Positions 21,961-33,651 of a DNA stretch of 47,559 bases are shown here, in pieces. The DNA is from Rhodospirillales bacterium. GTDB lineage: Bacteria > Pseudomonadota > Alphaproteobacteria > Bin95. The DNA lies in contig JAYQLI010000021.1 in assembly GCA_038143065.1 (NCBI GenBank), positions 1 through 47,559 on the forward strand, given 5' to 3'. Under the pieces are notes generated by a model, which had not been told where the DNA came from, ran no database searches, and saw only the letters and a list, made by a program, of their open reading frames with translations. Position 1 is the first letter of the stretch; each line of letters begins with the position of its first letter. Position numbers and translations under genes: made by a program.

Positions 21961-23698
21961 CGAAAACGGGCCCCTCAGTCTACGCGCCTGTAGTCCTTTT
22001 CGTTTATAACCGTCTGGAGCTAACGAAGCGCACTGTTGCCGCGTTGCAAAGGAATGTCCTGGCGGCCGAAACCGACTTAATTGTCTTTTCTGATGCGGCT
22101 AAAAACCCCAAGGACGAGTTTAAAGTAAATCTCGTACGCGCATTTATATCCTCATTGACTGGTTTTAGATCGGTTTCCGTGCATCTGCGAGACGTAAATT
22201 TTGGGTTGTCGAATTCCATAATTGACGGCGTCACAACGGTTGTGAATGAATATGGATCAGTCATTGTTTTAGAAGACGATTTAATCACATCCCAGTATTT
22301 TTTGCAGTTTATGAATGACGGTCTAAAAAATACCGTGATGAACCTCGGGTTGCCTCTATACATGGATATAATTTGCCAATAAAAGAGCACCTTCCAGAAG
22401 TGTTTTTCAGTCGTGGAGCGGATTGCTGGGGGTGGGGCACCTGGAAAAGTGAATGGGTGCGATTTAACCATGACGGTCTCGATTTATTGGATCGTTTGCG
22501 AAAACAAGATCTACTAAAGGCATTTGATCTTGACGGAGCATTTCCTTATTCAGACATGCTGCGCGAGCAAATCGAAGGAAAAAATGATTCTTGGGCGATC
22601 CGTTGGCATGCCAGCGCATTTTTAGACAATAAACTAACCTTACACCCCGGTAAATCACTCGTCTCGCATATTGGAAACGATGGAAGCGGGACCCATGCCG
22701 GGGTATCAGACATTTATGATACAAATGTTGCTACCGACCAAATTATCATTGGTGGCCCAGAGGTCTGTGAGACTATGGCCACGCGGCAAGCGATTAAAGC
22801 ATTCTATTTTTCAAATAGAAAGACAATCCGCAAGCGCATTCTTTTGAAGATAAAAAACAGTTCTTTAATTGCCAATGTGGTGAAAACCTTCAAGCGTGTG
22901 TTGCCTAGCCCAATCTACAACCTTCTAAGAAATAAAATTAAGAAAGGGTTATCGTTTCAAGGTCCTTTTGCAACTTGGGAAGACGCGCTCAAAAAATCTA
23001 GCGGTTATGATTCCGAAATAATTCTCAATCATGTTGCGGCGGCTACTGAAAAAGTGATTTCTGGGGTTTGGGTGTGTGAGCGGGATTCTGTTGGTTTTAA
23101 TGAAATACAATATTCATGGCCAGTATCCAGTAACATTCTCCGAGCTGCTCTAAAAAATGACGGCCGCCTTAACCTAATCGATTTTGGTGGTGCTCTGGGC
23201 AGCAGTTTTTTTCAGAACCAAGAGTTTTTATCGGATTTAAAAGAACTAAATTGGTGTGTGGTTGAACAGCCATCATTTGTTTCAAAGGGTAAGCAGCAGT
23301 TTCAAACTAGTGACCTGCATTTTTTCTCAACAATTGGAGAATGTCAGAAATTTCTAGAGCATGTCGATTTAATTTTGTTGTCAAGCGTTTTGCAGTATCT
23401 CGAAAACCCCTTTGATATTTTAGATCAAGTAATCAGCGTTCGACCGCAAACAATTCTTATTGATTTGACAATAGTCTGTGATGATGAGGGGGAGCGCGTC
23501 TACATACAAAATGTCCCCGAACAAATATACAAGACTTCGTATCCAGTCCGACCAATTTCGGAATCCAAGTTGATCGAGTATTTTGGGCTTAATGGTTACA
23601 GCATGCGACATAGGTTTAACACTTTGGATTTTGCTGCACTCGGTTCAATTAATTCAAAGTTTTTAGGCTATACATTCGAGAGAGAAACATATGAGTAA
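21957..23698 (+). CDS. GT-A (GT2-like) glycosyltransferase apparently fused to a TIGR04325-type methyltransferase (frameshift at ~22330)
   Basis: N-part: 'VVLFVYNR', 'IVLEDD', 'CWGWGTW', 'DSWAIRW'. C-part: 'TWEDALKKSSGYD', 'ERDSV', 'IDFGGALGSSF', 'SSVLQYL'. Confidence 0.8.
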
Positions 23699-24642
23699 AA
23701 TTGTTCGTGAGATTTTTAATCACAAAGAATTTGAAGGACGTCCGCCTGTCTTGGTGGATATTGGCGCCTCGGGCGAAATTCATGATGTTTGGAAAGTTAT
23801 TGCGCCTTACTCCATTTGCCTCGCGTTCGACGCCGATACGCGGGATTTTTCAATTGCTGAAAGCGGCGATAGTGGCTTTTTAGGCTATTCCGAATTAATC
23901 GCATAGTTTCGGACAAGGAAACTTCGAAAAGCGACTTTTGGCTTACAAAATACCCGCATTGTTCAAGTTCTCTTGAGCCGGACGTTCGATCCGTATCGAA
24001 TTGGGCCTTCGGCAAATATTTTGAGGTTGAAGACAAGATACAGCTTTCATCCGTTACTTTAGAGGAAGCTCTCGATAGTTGTGGTTTAGATTATATTGAT
24101 TACTTCAAAACAGACTCCCAGGGAACAGATCTTCGGATATTTGCTTCACTGCCTGATCGCATGCAGAGTGATATCACAGTGGCTGAATTTGAGCCTGGTA
24201 TAATTGATGCTTATCAGGGAGAAGATAAACTTCATTCATTAATGTCTTTTATGGATAAAAAACCATTTTGGGTCCAGGACATGAAGACAAAAGGTTCTCA
24301 CAGAATTAGGATGCATGATTTTGAAAGGCTTAATGGCATACAAAAAAGTTTATCGCCGGGTTTATTCCTATGTCTCCCGGTTGGTGTGAGATTTCATATT
24401 TTAATTCGTTCTCAGGCAGCAATAATTTACGGAACCTTCTTTTAGGTTGGATCTTCGCCATTAATAGAGGTGAGTTTGGCTTCGCGTTCGAATTAATCTC
24501 GCAAGCGAAACAGTTATCTGACGATCCAATAATTCAAAAAATCGAAAACTACACGAATAGAAAGCTTTTTTGGACACACGGTTCCTTTGTTAGAAAAGGG
24601 TTTTTAAGCATTCTTAAGAGGCTATTTAGCCGTGTTGGATAA
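23691..24642 (+). CDS. FkbM-like methyltransferase (frameshifted)
   Basis: 'LVDIGASG', 'YPHCSSSLEP' and 'DYFKTDSQGTDLRIF' across frames. Confidence 0.75.
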
Positions 24643-25624
24643 ATATGCGGGCAAAAAAGCAGTGATTACCGGAGGCCTTGGCTTTATTGGTTCAAATTTA
24701 GCTAAATCCCTTGTCGATGCTGGATGTTCAGTTACTATCGTAGATAACTTGGCCCCTGAATTTGGAGGAAACGAATTCAACGTTGAAGATATTAAAGGCA
24801 ATGTCGAAATACATCTTGCCGATATCAGAGACTTGGGCGTTATGTCTAAATTGATCGAAGGGCAGGACTACCTCTTTAGCCTAGCCGGTCAGACCAGCCA
24901 TGTTGCTTCAATGCGCGAACCGCAGTTGGATCTCGAGATTAACTCTCTTGCGCAATTAAATCTCCTCGAAATTTGCAAGGAAGAGAACCGAGACATCAAA
25001 ATAGTATTCACAAGCACTCGTCAATTGTATGGCAAGCCAGAATTCTTACCGCTCACTGAAAACCATCCCATTAACCCAGTAGATAATAATGGTATCAATA
25101 AATTCTCAGGCGAACTTTTTCACTTATTGTATCATCGGCTATATGGAATTCGCTCGTCAATTTTACGGCTAACCAATACTTATGGGCCACGGATGCGGGT
25201 TAAAAGATGCGCGGCAGACTTTTATAGGTGTCTGGGTGCGTTTATTATTACAAGGTGATACTATCCAAGTTTTTGGCGATGGAAGTCAATTGCGCGATTT
25301 TAATTTTGTCGATGACTGCGTAAGGGCGATTATGCTTGCGGGCGCCAGTGACGTATCCAATGGAAAGACTTATAATTTAGGCGGCGACGAGGTTGTGTCT
25401 CTGATAGGCTTGCCAAAAAAATGGCTCAGGCTCGGCCAGGAGGCTCTTTCGAGTGCGTCCCATTTCCCAATGAACGCGCCGCAATCGATGTGGGCAGTTG
25501 TTACAGTGACTTTGGATTTATAGAACGAGACCTTGGATGGCGTCCTCAGATATCCATGGATGAGGGCCTCAAGGAAACACTAGACTATTTCGAAAAACAT
25601 AGTCCATTTTATTGGGATAATTGA
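24632..25624 (+). CDS. NAD-dependent epimerase/dehydratase (extended SDR) with Asn at the catalytic Tyr position (frameshifted)
   Basis: 'TGGLGFIGSN', 'LAGQTSH', 'PVDNNGINK', 'LTNTYGPRM' and 'GDGSQLRDFNFVDD'. Confidence 0.88.
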
Positions 25625-26724
25625 AAATGATTTTGATGAACGATTTCTCCCGAGAGCCGCAAGATTTAAAAAGTACAATGGTCGATGCAGCAAAACGGGT
25701 TTTTGACTCGGGTTGGTACATTCTAGGCAATGAATTGAATAATTTTGAGGCCGAGTGGGCGCACACTTGTGGAAGTGCTCATTCAATCGGTGTTGGCAAT
25801 GGCATGGATGCCATCGAAATCATCCTTCGGGCTTTGGATATTTCAGCAGGAGATGAAGTAATCACTTCGCCTATGACAGCGTTTGCGACCGTATTAGCAA
25901 TATACCGGGCCGGAGCTCAGCCTGTTCTTGCTGATATAGATCCCCTAACTGGCTTGCTGTCACCTGCTAGTGTGGTGCGATGTATTTCAAAAAAAACAAA
26001 AGCTATTGTTCTCGTCCATCTTTATGGTCAAGTGAGAGAAATGCATCTTTGGAAAGAGGTTGTAGCGGGAAGCCAAGTTGCCTTAATTGAAGATTGTGCT
26101 CAGTCCCATCTCGCCTCTGAGAAAGGTCGAGTTGCAGGCAATTTTGGTATCGCAGGCGCCTATAGTTTTTATCCTACAAAAAATTTAGGAGCTTTAGGCG
26201 ATGCAGGCGCGATAGTTACAAATGACGCCAAAATTGATAATAAAGCTCGTTTGCTGCGAAATTATGGTCAAAGTGAAAGGTATGTTCATACCGAAATAGG
26301 TCTTAATAGCCGCTTAGATGAAATGCAGGCTGCTATATTGTATGAACGATGTAAGTGGTTGGCCGAATTTACTAATCGACGGAAAGATATAGCTAGGGCA
26401 TATTTCAAACGAATAAACAATGATGCTGTAAAACTCTTAGCCCCTCCGTTAGAGGCGTCTTCTCACGTCTATCACCTGTTCGTTGTTCTTACAGATAATC
26501 GGGAAGATTTTCAAAGCCACTTGTTTGCAAAAAGTGTGCAAACGCTCATTCACTACCCAGTGCCCATACAAAATCAAAAGCCTTGCATGGATTTAAGGCG
26601 CGATCCTAATGGCCTAGAGTGTGCAATAGATCACTCGGAAAAATGTTTGTCGATACCTTGTCATCCTCAAATGAGCGATGAAGATGTTGAAAAGGTTGTA
26701 GAAGCAGTGAACGAATATCGCTAA
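25621..26724 (+). CDS. DegT/DnrJ/EryC1/StrS PLP aminotransferase, resembling FdtB/QdtB 3-aminotransferases
   Basis: Intact ORF with 'SGWYILG', 'GVGNGMDA', 'EDCAQSH', 'SFYPTKNLGALGDAG' and 'NSRLDEMQAA'. Confidence 0.92.
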   Translation: MKMILMNDFSREPQDLKSTMVDAAKRVFDSGWYILGNELNNFEAEWAHTCGSAHSIGVGNGMDAIEIILRALDISAGDEVITSPMTAFATVLAIYRAGAQPVLADIDPLTGLLSPASVVRCISKKTKAIVLVHLYGQVREMHLWKEVVAGSQVALIEDCAQSHLASEKGRVAGNFGIAGAYSFYPTKNLGALGDAGAIVTNDAKIDNKARLLRNYGQSERYVHTEIGLNSRLDEMQAAILYERCKWLAEFTNRRKDIARAYFKRINNDAVKLLAPPLEASSHVYHLFVVLTDNREDFQSHLFAKSVQTLIHYPVPIQNQKPCMDLRRDPNGLECAIDHSEKCLSIPCHPQMSDEDVEKVVEAVNEYR

Positions 26725-26728
26725 GCCT

Positions 26729-27661
26729 ATGCATCATTATGTAACTTTGTTCGATAGCAATTTTCTGCCTCAAGGATTGCACTTCACTGTTCTATGAAGC
26801 GGCATTTGGCCGACTATACCTTATGGGTACTATGCGTTGATGATGAAGCTTTTGAAGTGTTAGAAAAATTGAAACTTGAAAACACTAGGTTGCTTAAATT
26901 ATCTGACCTAGAGACAGATGAGCTGAAAAGAGTAAAAAATGAAAGGCTAGCAGTAGAATATTGTTGGACACTTACACCCTTTGCTCCAAAATTTGTTTTT
27001 GAGGCAGATCAGTCAGTGGGCAGCGTTACTTATGTCGACGCGGATATCTGGTTTAGAAAACAACCTAATAAAATCAATGCAGAGTTCGAGGCTTCTGGTA
27101 AATCGGTTTTGATAACGGACCATTGTTACGATCCCGAATTCGATCAATCCGAAGCATCCGGACAGTTTTGCGTTCAATATATAACTTTTGATCGAAATGG
27201 TGGCGAGAAAGTTCGTCAGTGGTGGAGGAACGATGCATTGAATCTTGCCAAATCAAAAAGAAGATGGGAAGTTCGGTGATCAGAAATATCTAGAAGAATG
27301 GCCGAGAATTTTCGCAGATTCTGTTCATGTTTTGCAGAATAACGAACTATGTTTGGCGCCATGGAATGCCAAGCGTTTCCCATATGGCAACTCTGAGTTA
27401 TATCACTTCCATGGCCTAAGGTTAATTTCACGAAAACGAGTGCATTATAGCGACTATCCTATTCCTGAGCCAACTATGCGCTGCGTTTATCGGAGGTACT
27501 TTGAAGATCTAAACACGTCCGTAAAACTTCTAGAATCCATTGGCGTTCACGATTTCAAGCAGTACCACCGTGACAATCTTCTACTCTTAGTATACCGATC
27601 ACTTCGCAGTTTAGTGAGCGCGTCGATTAAAGTTTTTTCCGGCCAAACAAGCAATCTATAG
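26729..27661 (+). CDS. Putative GT-A glycosyltransferase (frameshifted)
   Basis: 'YVTLFDSNFLPQG' from ATG 26729, 'YCWTLTPF', DxD 'YVDADIWF' and 'FGDQKYLEEWP'. Confidence 0.75.
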
Positions 27662-27676
27662 AGAAGCTTTAAGCCA

Positions 27677-28749
27677 ATGAAGGCGTCAAAGAATATTGCA
27701 GTCGTAGATTTTGAAGCCAATGGTCACCATTTCGATCTATACATTCGGGGCATTACAGCGGCGTTATCGGGTTATAAAATAACTATTTTTCTCCCAATTC
27801 ATTTGAGATCTTCAGTCGCTTCCAAAGAAGCTGTAAACGCGGAGTTTGTATATTTCACTTCTGACAATGAGTTGTTTGAAATGCTTACTCAGCTCAGTCC
27901 AAACGCAACAATATTCCCATCAGGGGATTTAATTCCTCATCTTCTTCAAAAGCGTCTGAAGATGCTCAAGACCAAATTATTGGTCATTTATATCAAAAAG
28001 CTTAAGGTTGAGGTTTATTTCTCTAAAGCACTTGGTAAAGGCTATCTTACGTTTCCTGGAAATACGATCAATTTTGAAGGCTGAAAACGCCAAAGTTGCG
28101 TTTATCGAGTTTGATGCAATAAGTTTTTGGAGATTTTTTTTCCCCGCTCATAAGCTTGTTTTCATCCCTGACTTTTCGCTTGCGTCTTGGGAAAAAAAGA
28201 TTGATTGCAATTACGTTAGAGCATCCGAAATTTCCGACATAACTGTTATAGGGGCCATAAATAAAAGGAAGAATATTGATGTGCTATTCCGATCTTTAAG
28301 GACTTACCAATGCCCAATAACTATACGTTTGATAGGCGCCATGTCGGATGAGATTGTTGAATTTTTAGCGCAATTCCCTATGCCATCGAGTGTCAAATTG
28401 GAGGTTGACAATCGTTTCTAACTAACTCGAGTACCTTGCGAATTTAAAAGCAGGTAACCTAATTTGGCTTTGCTACAGCGGAAAGGATGTTGGTTCGAGC
28501 GCGGTGCTTATCGACGCGATAACATTGAGTAAAAACGTAATCGTATCGGATCAGGGGTATATGGGTAAACTTATAAGTCGTTACTCCAGAGTTAAGAAAT
28601 TTAACTCTCGTAACATAGATTTTTCCGAACTAAAGAGGGCTTACCTCGATGGGAGGCTTCGCTTTACTGAAAGTGAGCGCGATAAGTTTATTAGTGACTA
28701 TGGGTATGAAAACTTTTCACGCAACTTACTGTCGATTATAGATGATTGA
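27677..28749 (+). CDS. Divergent GT-B glycosyltransferase (frameshifted)
   Basis: 'NGHHFDLY', 'IGAINKRKNI' and 'SSAVLIDAI...VIVSDQG'. Confidence 0.65.
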
Positions 28750-30010
28750 TATCGTTGTCGCTTTTTTTCTTTTGGCATCTGCTGCATGCGCGATCTTGGC
28801 ATTCCATCCATTTAAATGCAGTATTTGGTTGACAATTCCCGTATATAGCTGGGTGCTAATTTATCTTTTCATCCCAGCATTGTACCTGTTATCTCCGTTA
28901 AATTATCAATTCGCCTTTTTGCTCGTAGGAGAATTTTTTGCATTTTATTTGGCGTCTACCTTATTATTTTTTGTAGGCATGAAGATCGGAACGCGAGCAA
29001 GGACTACTGAGCTTAGATATTATGAAAAGTATGATGTAACCAACATGGTTTTGATTACATATTTTCTGCTTTTCATTGTGGTAGTGTGGAAAGTGCTCAC
29101 GTCTGAATTGCTAATTTTTTCCGATACGTCTCGATCTGATATTCTAATGGCTGATCAAAGTAGGCAAGTCAAAGAAGGAGGCGGGCTGGCGCTATTCTTG
29201 CGCTTGTTTGAGTACCTATACTACATATTTCTAGGTGTAATTCTGATGCGGCGAAAGGCGGTTAGGTATCACCTGCTGATATTTAATTTGTTTGTGGCGT
29301 TTACAATAGTCAATACTATTATTTCAGGGTTATTCAGAAGCCCCATTTTCTACTACGCAATTTTTGGTATCCTAGTAAACTTTGTCGTGTACCGACGAAG
29401 CCGTTCATTCCCAGTGCTTGTTGCTTCTTTAGCACTCGTATTTCCTTTTGCTATGAGTTTTTGGCGTTTTACAGAGCCGGTCAAATACCAGATATTTCAA
29501 GCATACAAGTAATGGTGTTACACGGACTCAGTGGCTTTGCGACCGTCGCCGAAATTGGAAATCTTATAACCCACTATGCTACTCACCCTTTTGAATATGG
29601 GTATCAGTTTATGCTGAACATAATAACTTTCATTCCCAGGTTTATTTGGGAAGGTAAGCCTATTACTAGTTTTAGCTTTCGATTAAGCTCGGACATATTC
29701 GGCGAAATTGGTCTCGGTGGTGCATGGATTCATACTTTTTACCGTCCTTGGTGAGGGTTACTCTCAATTCGGGTTAATTGGAATGCCAATGGCAACGTTG
29801 ATTGCTCTTTTTGTCATCAAGTTGTCTATCTTTATTGTATTACGCGACCCTCGTCTTTCAGTTCTCGGCGTGTATTATTTCATCTCTTTGGTTATGAGTT
29901 TCCGGGGTGACCTTAATGCTGTTTTTGGTCGCTTTTATGAGTTTGGGATCGCAATTTTATGTTTCTACATTTTTTTGGCCCTGCTGCCGCGAAAACAAAT
30001 CTCAAAATGA
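28742..30010 (+). CDS. wzy: O-antigen polymerase Wzy (frameshifted)
   Basis: About 10 hydrophobic segments over three pieces, with 'FIPRFIWEGKP' and 'LGEGYSQFGLIG'. Sits among the GTs. Confidence 0.75.
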
Positions 30011-31083
30011 ATAAAAAGCCAATTCTTTTATATATTTCCGTAAATGACGGATCTGACACGCGTGTCAGAAAAGAGATAAAGTCCCTACAAAAAAATTCTG
30101 CCTCGTTTATTTGGGCTGTGGTAGGACGCAAACCGATTTTCTGAAAAACTTCAATCTGACTTCCTATACTGTATTGAAAAGATCTCATCGCAGCTTGATA
30201 TCGTATATCCAACTGAACTTTCTAGTAATCTTAACCCGTTTTCGTCACAGTATTGCATCCGTGCACGTTGTTGACGAACAGTGTTTGTTGCCATTATTGC
30301 CATCGCTTCTAGGCTGCAAAATTGTTCTCGATATTTTTGACTCAATATTCCTCAAATTCAATTTTGGTCGTAATAATGCATTATTAGCAAAACGTTTTTT
30401 ATATTGGTTTTGTCATAGGCTTATTGTTACCGATAACGCACGCTTTGACCTACTTCCAGATTTTGCTAGGAGTAAGGCCATAGTAGTGCCGAATGTGCCA
30501 TATGCTCAAAACAGCGATGAATCTGAAAACTCTCTGGGTCGTAGTCAATTCCAAAAGGCTGACGGACGACTTAGATTGGCTCTCTTTGGAACAGTGTCAA
30601 AGGATCGAGGGTTTGAGTTTGCGAGATCTCTATGTAGGCTCGATGAGCAAATTGAAATTCATATTGGTGGATGGATCAAAGATCAGGAAATTTTGTATCA
30701 TATCGAAAACGACGATTCATTCATTCTTCATGACTACATGACGCAAGACGAAACAATCAAAATCTGCAGAGGTATGGACGCAATTCTTGCGATTTATCCC
30801 AATAATAATCTGAACAATATTTATGCCAGTCCAAATAAATTATATGATGCCATCCACGCTGGCCGTCCGATAATTGCTGTGACTGACATTCTTTTTCAAA
30901 GAATTGTTTCTGAGCTTGGGCTAGGTCTTTGTCTCGAGAGATCTGAGGTCAATCGGCCGACCCAAAAGACGGTGGAGCTCATTCGAGAGCTCTCCAACTT
31001 CGAGATTCCTTCACTGTTATCGATGCAAAAAATTTACATGGGAAAGCTTTGAGGGTGGATTATTTGAGGCTCACGGTGTCTGA
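30007..31083 (+). CDS. GT-B (GT4-like) glycosyltransferase (frameshifted)
   Basis: 'DTRVRKEI', 'FGTVSKDRG' and 'ASPNKLYDAIHAGRPII'. Confidence 0.75.
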
Positions 31084-31142
31084 CTATCAGTAGATATCAG
31101 AATCCATTGTTCCTGTTAGGACGATAGTAGAAAGATTATAAA

Positions 31143-32263
31143 ATGAAAATTTGCTCGCGGTGTGTAATGGATCAGACCGATACTGCAATAAGTTTTGATA
31201 AGGCTGGGGTTTGTGATCATTGCCAGACGTTCGACCAAAAAAATTGCTCCATATTGGAAAAATGACCGAACAAATTTTGATCAATTCCAAGCTAATATTG
31301 AGAAAATGAAGGCCGCCGGCAAGGGAAGGGATTTTGATTGTATTATCGGTATGAGCGGCGGCATTGACAGCTCATACCTCCTCCATCTAGCAGTAACAGA
31401 TTTTGATTTGCGACCGTTGGTTTTTCATGTTGACGCTGGCTGGAATAGCCAACAAGCGGTGTACAATATTGAACAGATAGTAAAGAAGCATGGCCTAGAT
31501 CTGTACACCGAAGTTATTAATTGGGAAGAAATGAAAGACCTGCAATTGGCTTTTTAAATCTGGCGTTCCCCATATTGATACACCCCAAGATCACGCATTC
31601 TTTGCAACGATGTACAAGTTTGCGAACAAGTATGATGAAACATATTCTTACTGGCGGAAATTTTTCTACTGAATGTATAAGAAACCCCATAGAATGGATG
31701 TATTATCAGTCTGACGATTGGCAAATAAGAAATATTCACGCGCGTTTCGGAACTCGAAAGCTTGAGACCTTTCCTTTGGCCAACATCTTATGGTTCAAAG
31801 TCTACTTGCCTTATATACGAAACATTAAACTATACCGGCCTCTGGATTTCATGGAGTACAATAAAAAAAGGCGGTCCAGATACTTGAAGATGAGTATGGA
31901 TATCAAAGTTACAAGCAAAAACATTTTGAGTCTCGCTTCACACGTTTTTATGAGTCCTATTGGTTGCCGCAAAAATTTAGCTACGACACCCGTAAAGTTC
32001 AGTATTCTAGCCTGATTTTGACAGGGCAAATGACCCGGGAAGAAGCGTTGGAAAAGCTCAACAGCCCAGCCCATGACGCTAATTTGCTCGATGATGATTT
32101 CCAGTTCATCGCAAACAAACTCGATGTTTCAGTTGATGAGCTCCAAGGTTATTTTAACGCGCCGAACCGAACATATCGTGATTATCGCAATCAAGATTGG
32201 CTTTACAAAATCGGAGCAAAGGTCTTGCGCACTTTTGAAAAAGAGCGAGGCGGCAAGCGATGA
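31143..32263 (+). CDS. N-acetyl sugar amidotransferase (WbpG/WbuX family), frameshifted
   Basis: 'MKICSRCVMDQTD', 'CDHC', 'DCIIGMSGGIDSS', 'HVDAGWNS', 'KHFESRFT' and 'GQMTREEAL'. Confidence 0.9.
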
Positions 32264-32874
32264 TTGCAATAATTGATTACGGCGTCGGGAATGTAACGGC
32301 TATAGCAAACCAATTACAACGCTTGGCGGTAGAATTTGAAGTTGTATCGTCTGCAAATCAAATGGAAGGTGTCAGAAAAATTATTTTGCCTGGCGTTGGT
32401 GCCTTTGATGACACAATGAGGCGATTGAACGGTTCTGGAATGCGAGAAATGCTTGATGAAAAGGTGTTGGGAGAAAAGGTGCCTTGTTTAGGTGTTTGTA
32501 TTGGAATGCAGATTATGACTGAGCGCAGCGAGGAAGGGCGAGAGCCCGGCTTGGGTTGGTTTCCTAATAGTGAGGTTATCAGGCTTCAGATACCTAGCGA
32601 ACAAGATAAACCGCACTTACCACATATGGGATGGAATAGTGTCAAAACTCTTCAAGGTCATCCGATACTAGAGGGGATTGATTTTGATTTAGGTTTTTAT
32701 TTTTTGCATTCTTATCGGGCAGTCTGTCCTATCGAAAATCAACTCCTTTCTGCTAATTTTGGGGAAGAATTTCCATGCGCAATCTCAAACGCTAATATTT
32801 TCGGATTTCAATTTCACCCAGAGAAAAGCCACATTAATGGTCTAAATCTTTTCCGGAACTTCGCCGCTTATTAA
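32260..32874 (+). CDS. hisH: HisH-like glutamine amidotransferase subunit (LPS-locus paralog, WbuY-type)
   Basis: 'IIDYGVGN', 'LPGVGAF', 'GVCIGMQ', 'PHMGWN' and 'QFHPEKS'. Confidence 0.92.
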   Translation: MIAIIDYGVGNVTAIANQLQRLAVEFEVVSSANQMEGVRKIILPGVGAFDDTMRRLNGSGMREMLDEKVLGEKVPCLGVCIGMQIMTERSEEGREPGLGWFPNSEVIRLQIPSEQDKPHLPHMGWNSVKTLQGHPILEGIDFDLGFYFLHSYRAVCPIENQLLSANFGEEFPCAISNANIFGFQFHPEKSHINGLNLFRNFAAY

Positions 32875-32875
32875 A

Positions 32876-33650
32876 ATGCTACGATCCCGTATAATACCTA
32901 GCTTACTAATTCACAAAAATGGGCTGGTAAAATCTCGAAAATTTGGTGACTACAAATATGTGGGTGACCCAATAAATGCCGTTCGTATATTTAATGAAAA
33001 ACAGGTGGATGAGCTAATGGTATTCGACATTGACGCCTCAGCACAAAAACGACCGCCTGACTTTAGCCTAGTTCGAAAGATTGCGAGAGAATGCGCGATG
33101 CCACTTACGTACGGAGGTGGAGTTGCGTCAGTAGATGACGCATCCCGCCTGATTGACCTGGGAGTTGAAAAAGTTGCCGCCAGCGCTGCTGTGATTGATA
33201 GTCCAATGCTGCTGTCTGCAATGGCTGATCGTATCGGGCAGCAAAGCGTTGTAGTCGTGCTTGATATTAAAAAACACTATTTGGAAAATATGCAATTTAC
33301 ACTTTAAACGGGCAATGTAAAGGTCAAGCAAAGTCTCGAAGAAATGCTCAGTATCTTAGAGCAAATTGGCTATGGCGAAATTGTCATAAATAATATCGAT
33401 CTTGACGGAGAAATGTCAGGTTATGATCTAGGGTCTGGCAAATATGGCGCGACAGGCTGTTTCTGGTCCTTTGACCTTTTTGGGTGGGGCAGGAGACAAG
33501 AAGGATTTGCAGTCACTTATAGAGACAGTTGGTGTGACAGGTGCCGGGGCTGGAAGCATGTTTGTTTTTAATGGTCCATATAAAGCAGTCCTGATCAGCT
33601 ACTTAGATAAAACGGAGCGCTCAAGCCTCTACGAATTGAGAAGACAATGA
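32876..33650 (+). CDS. hisF: HisF-like cyclase subunit (LPS-locus paralog, WbuZ/AglZ-type), frameshifted
   Basis: 'RIIPSLL', 'YVGDPINAVRIFNEK', 'MPLTYGGG', 'IDLDGEMSGYD' and 'AGSMFVF..AVLISY'. Confidence 0.9.
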
Positions 33651-33651
33651 G

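Noticed and set aside
32260-33650. Histidine biosynthesis operon
   Set aside because: No other his genes are present. Coupling to a WbpG/WbuX amidotransferase marks these as LPS-modification paralogs.
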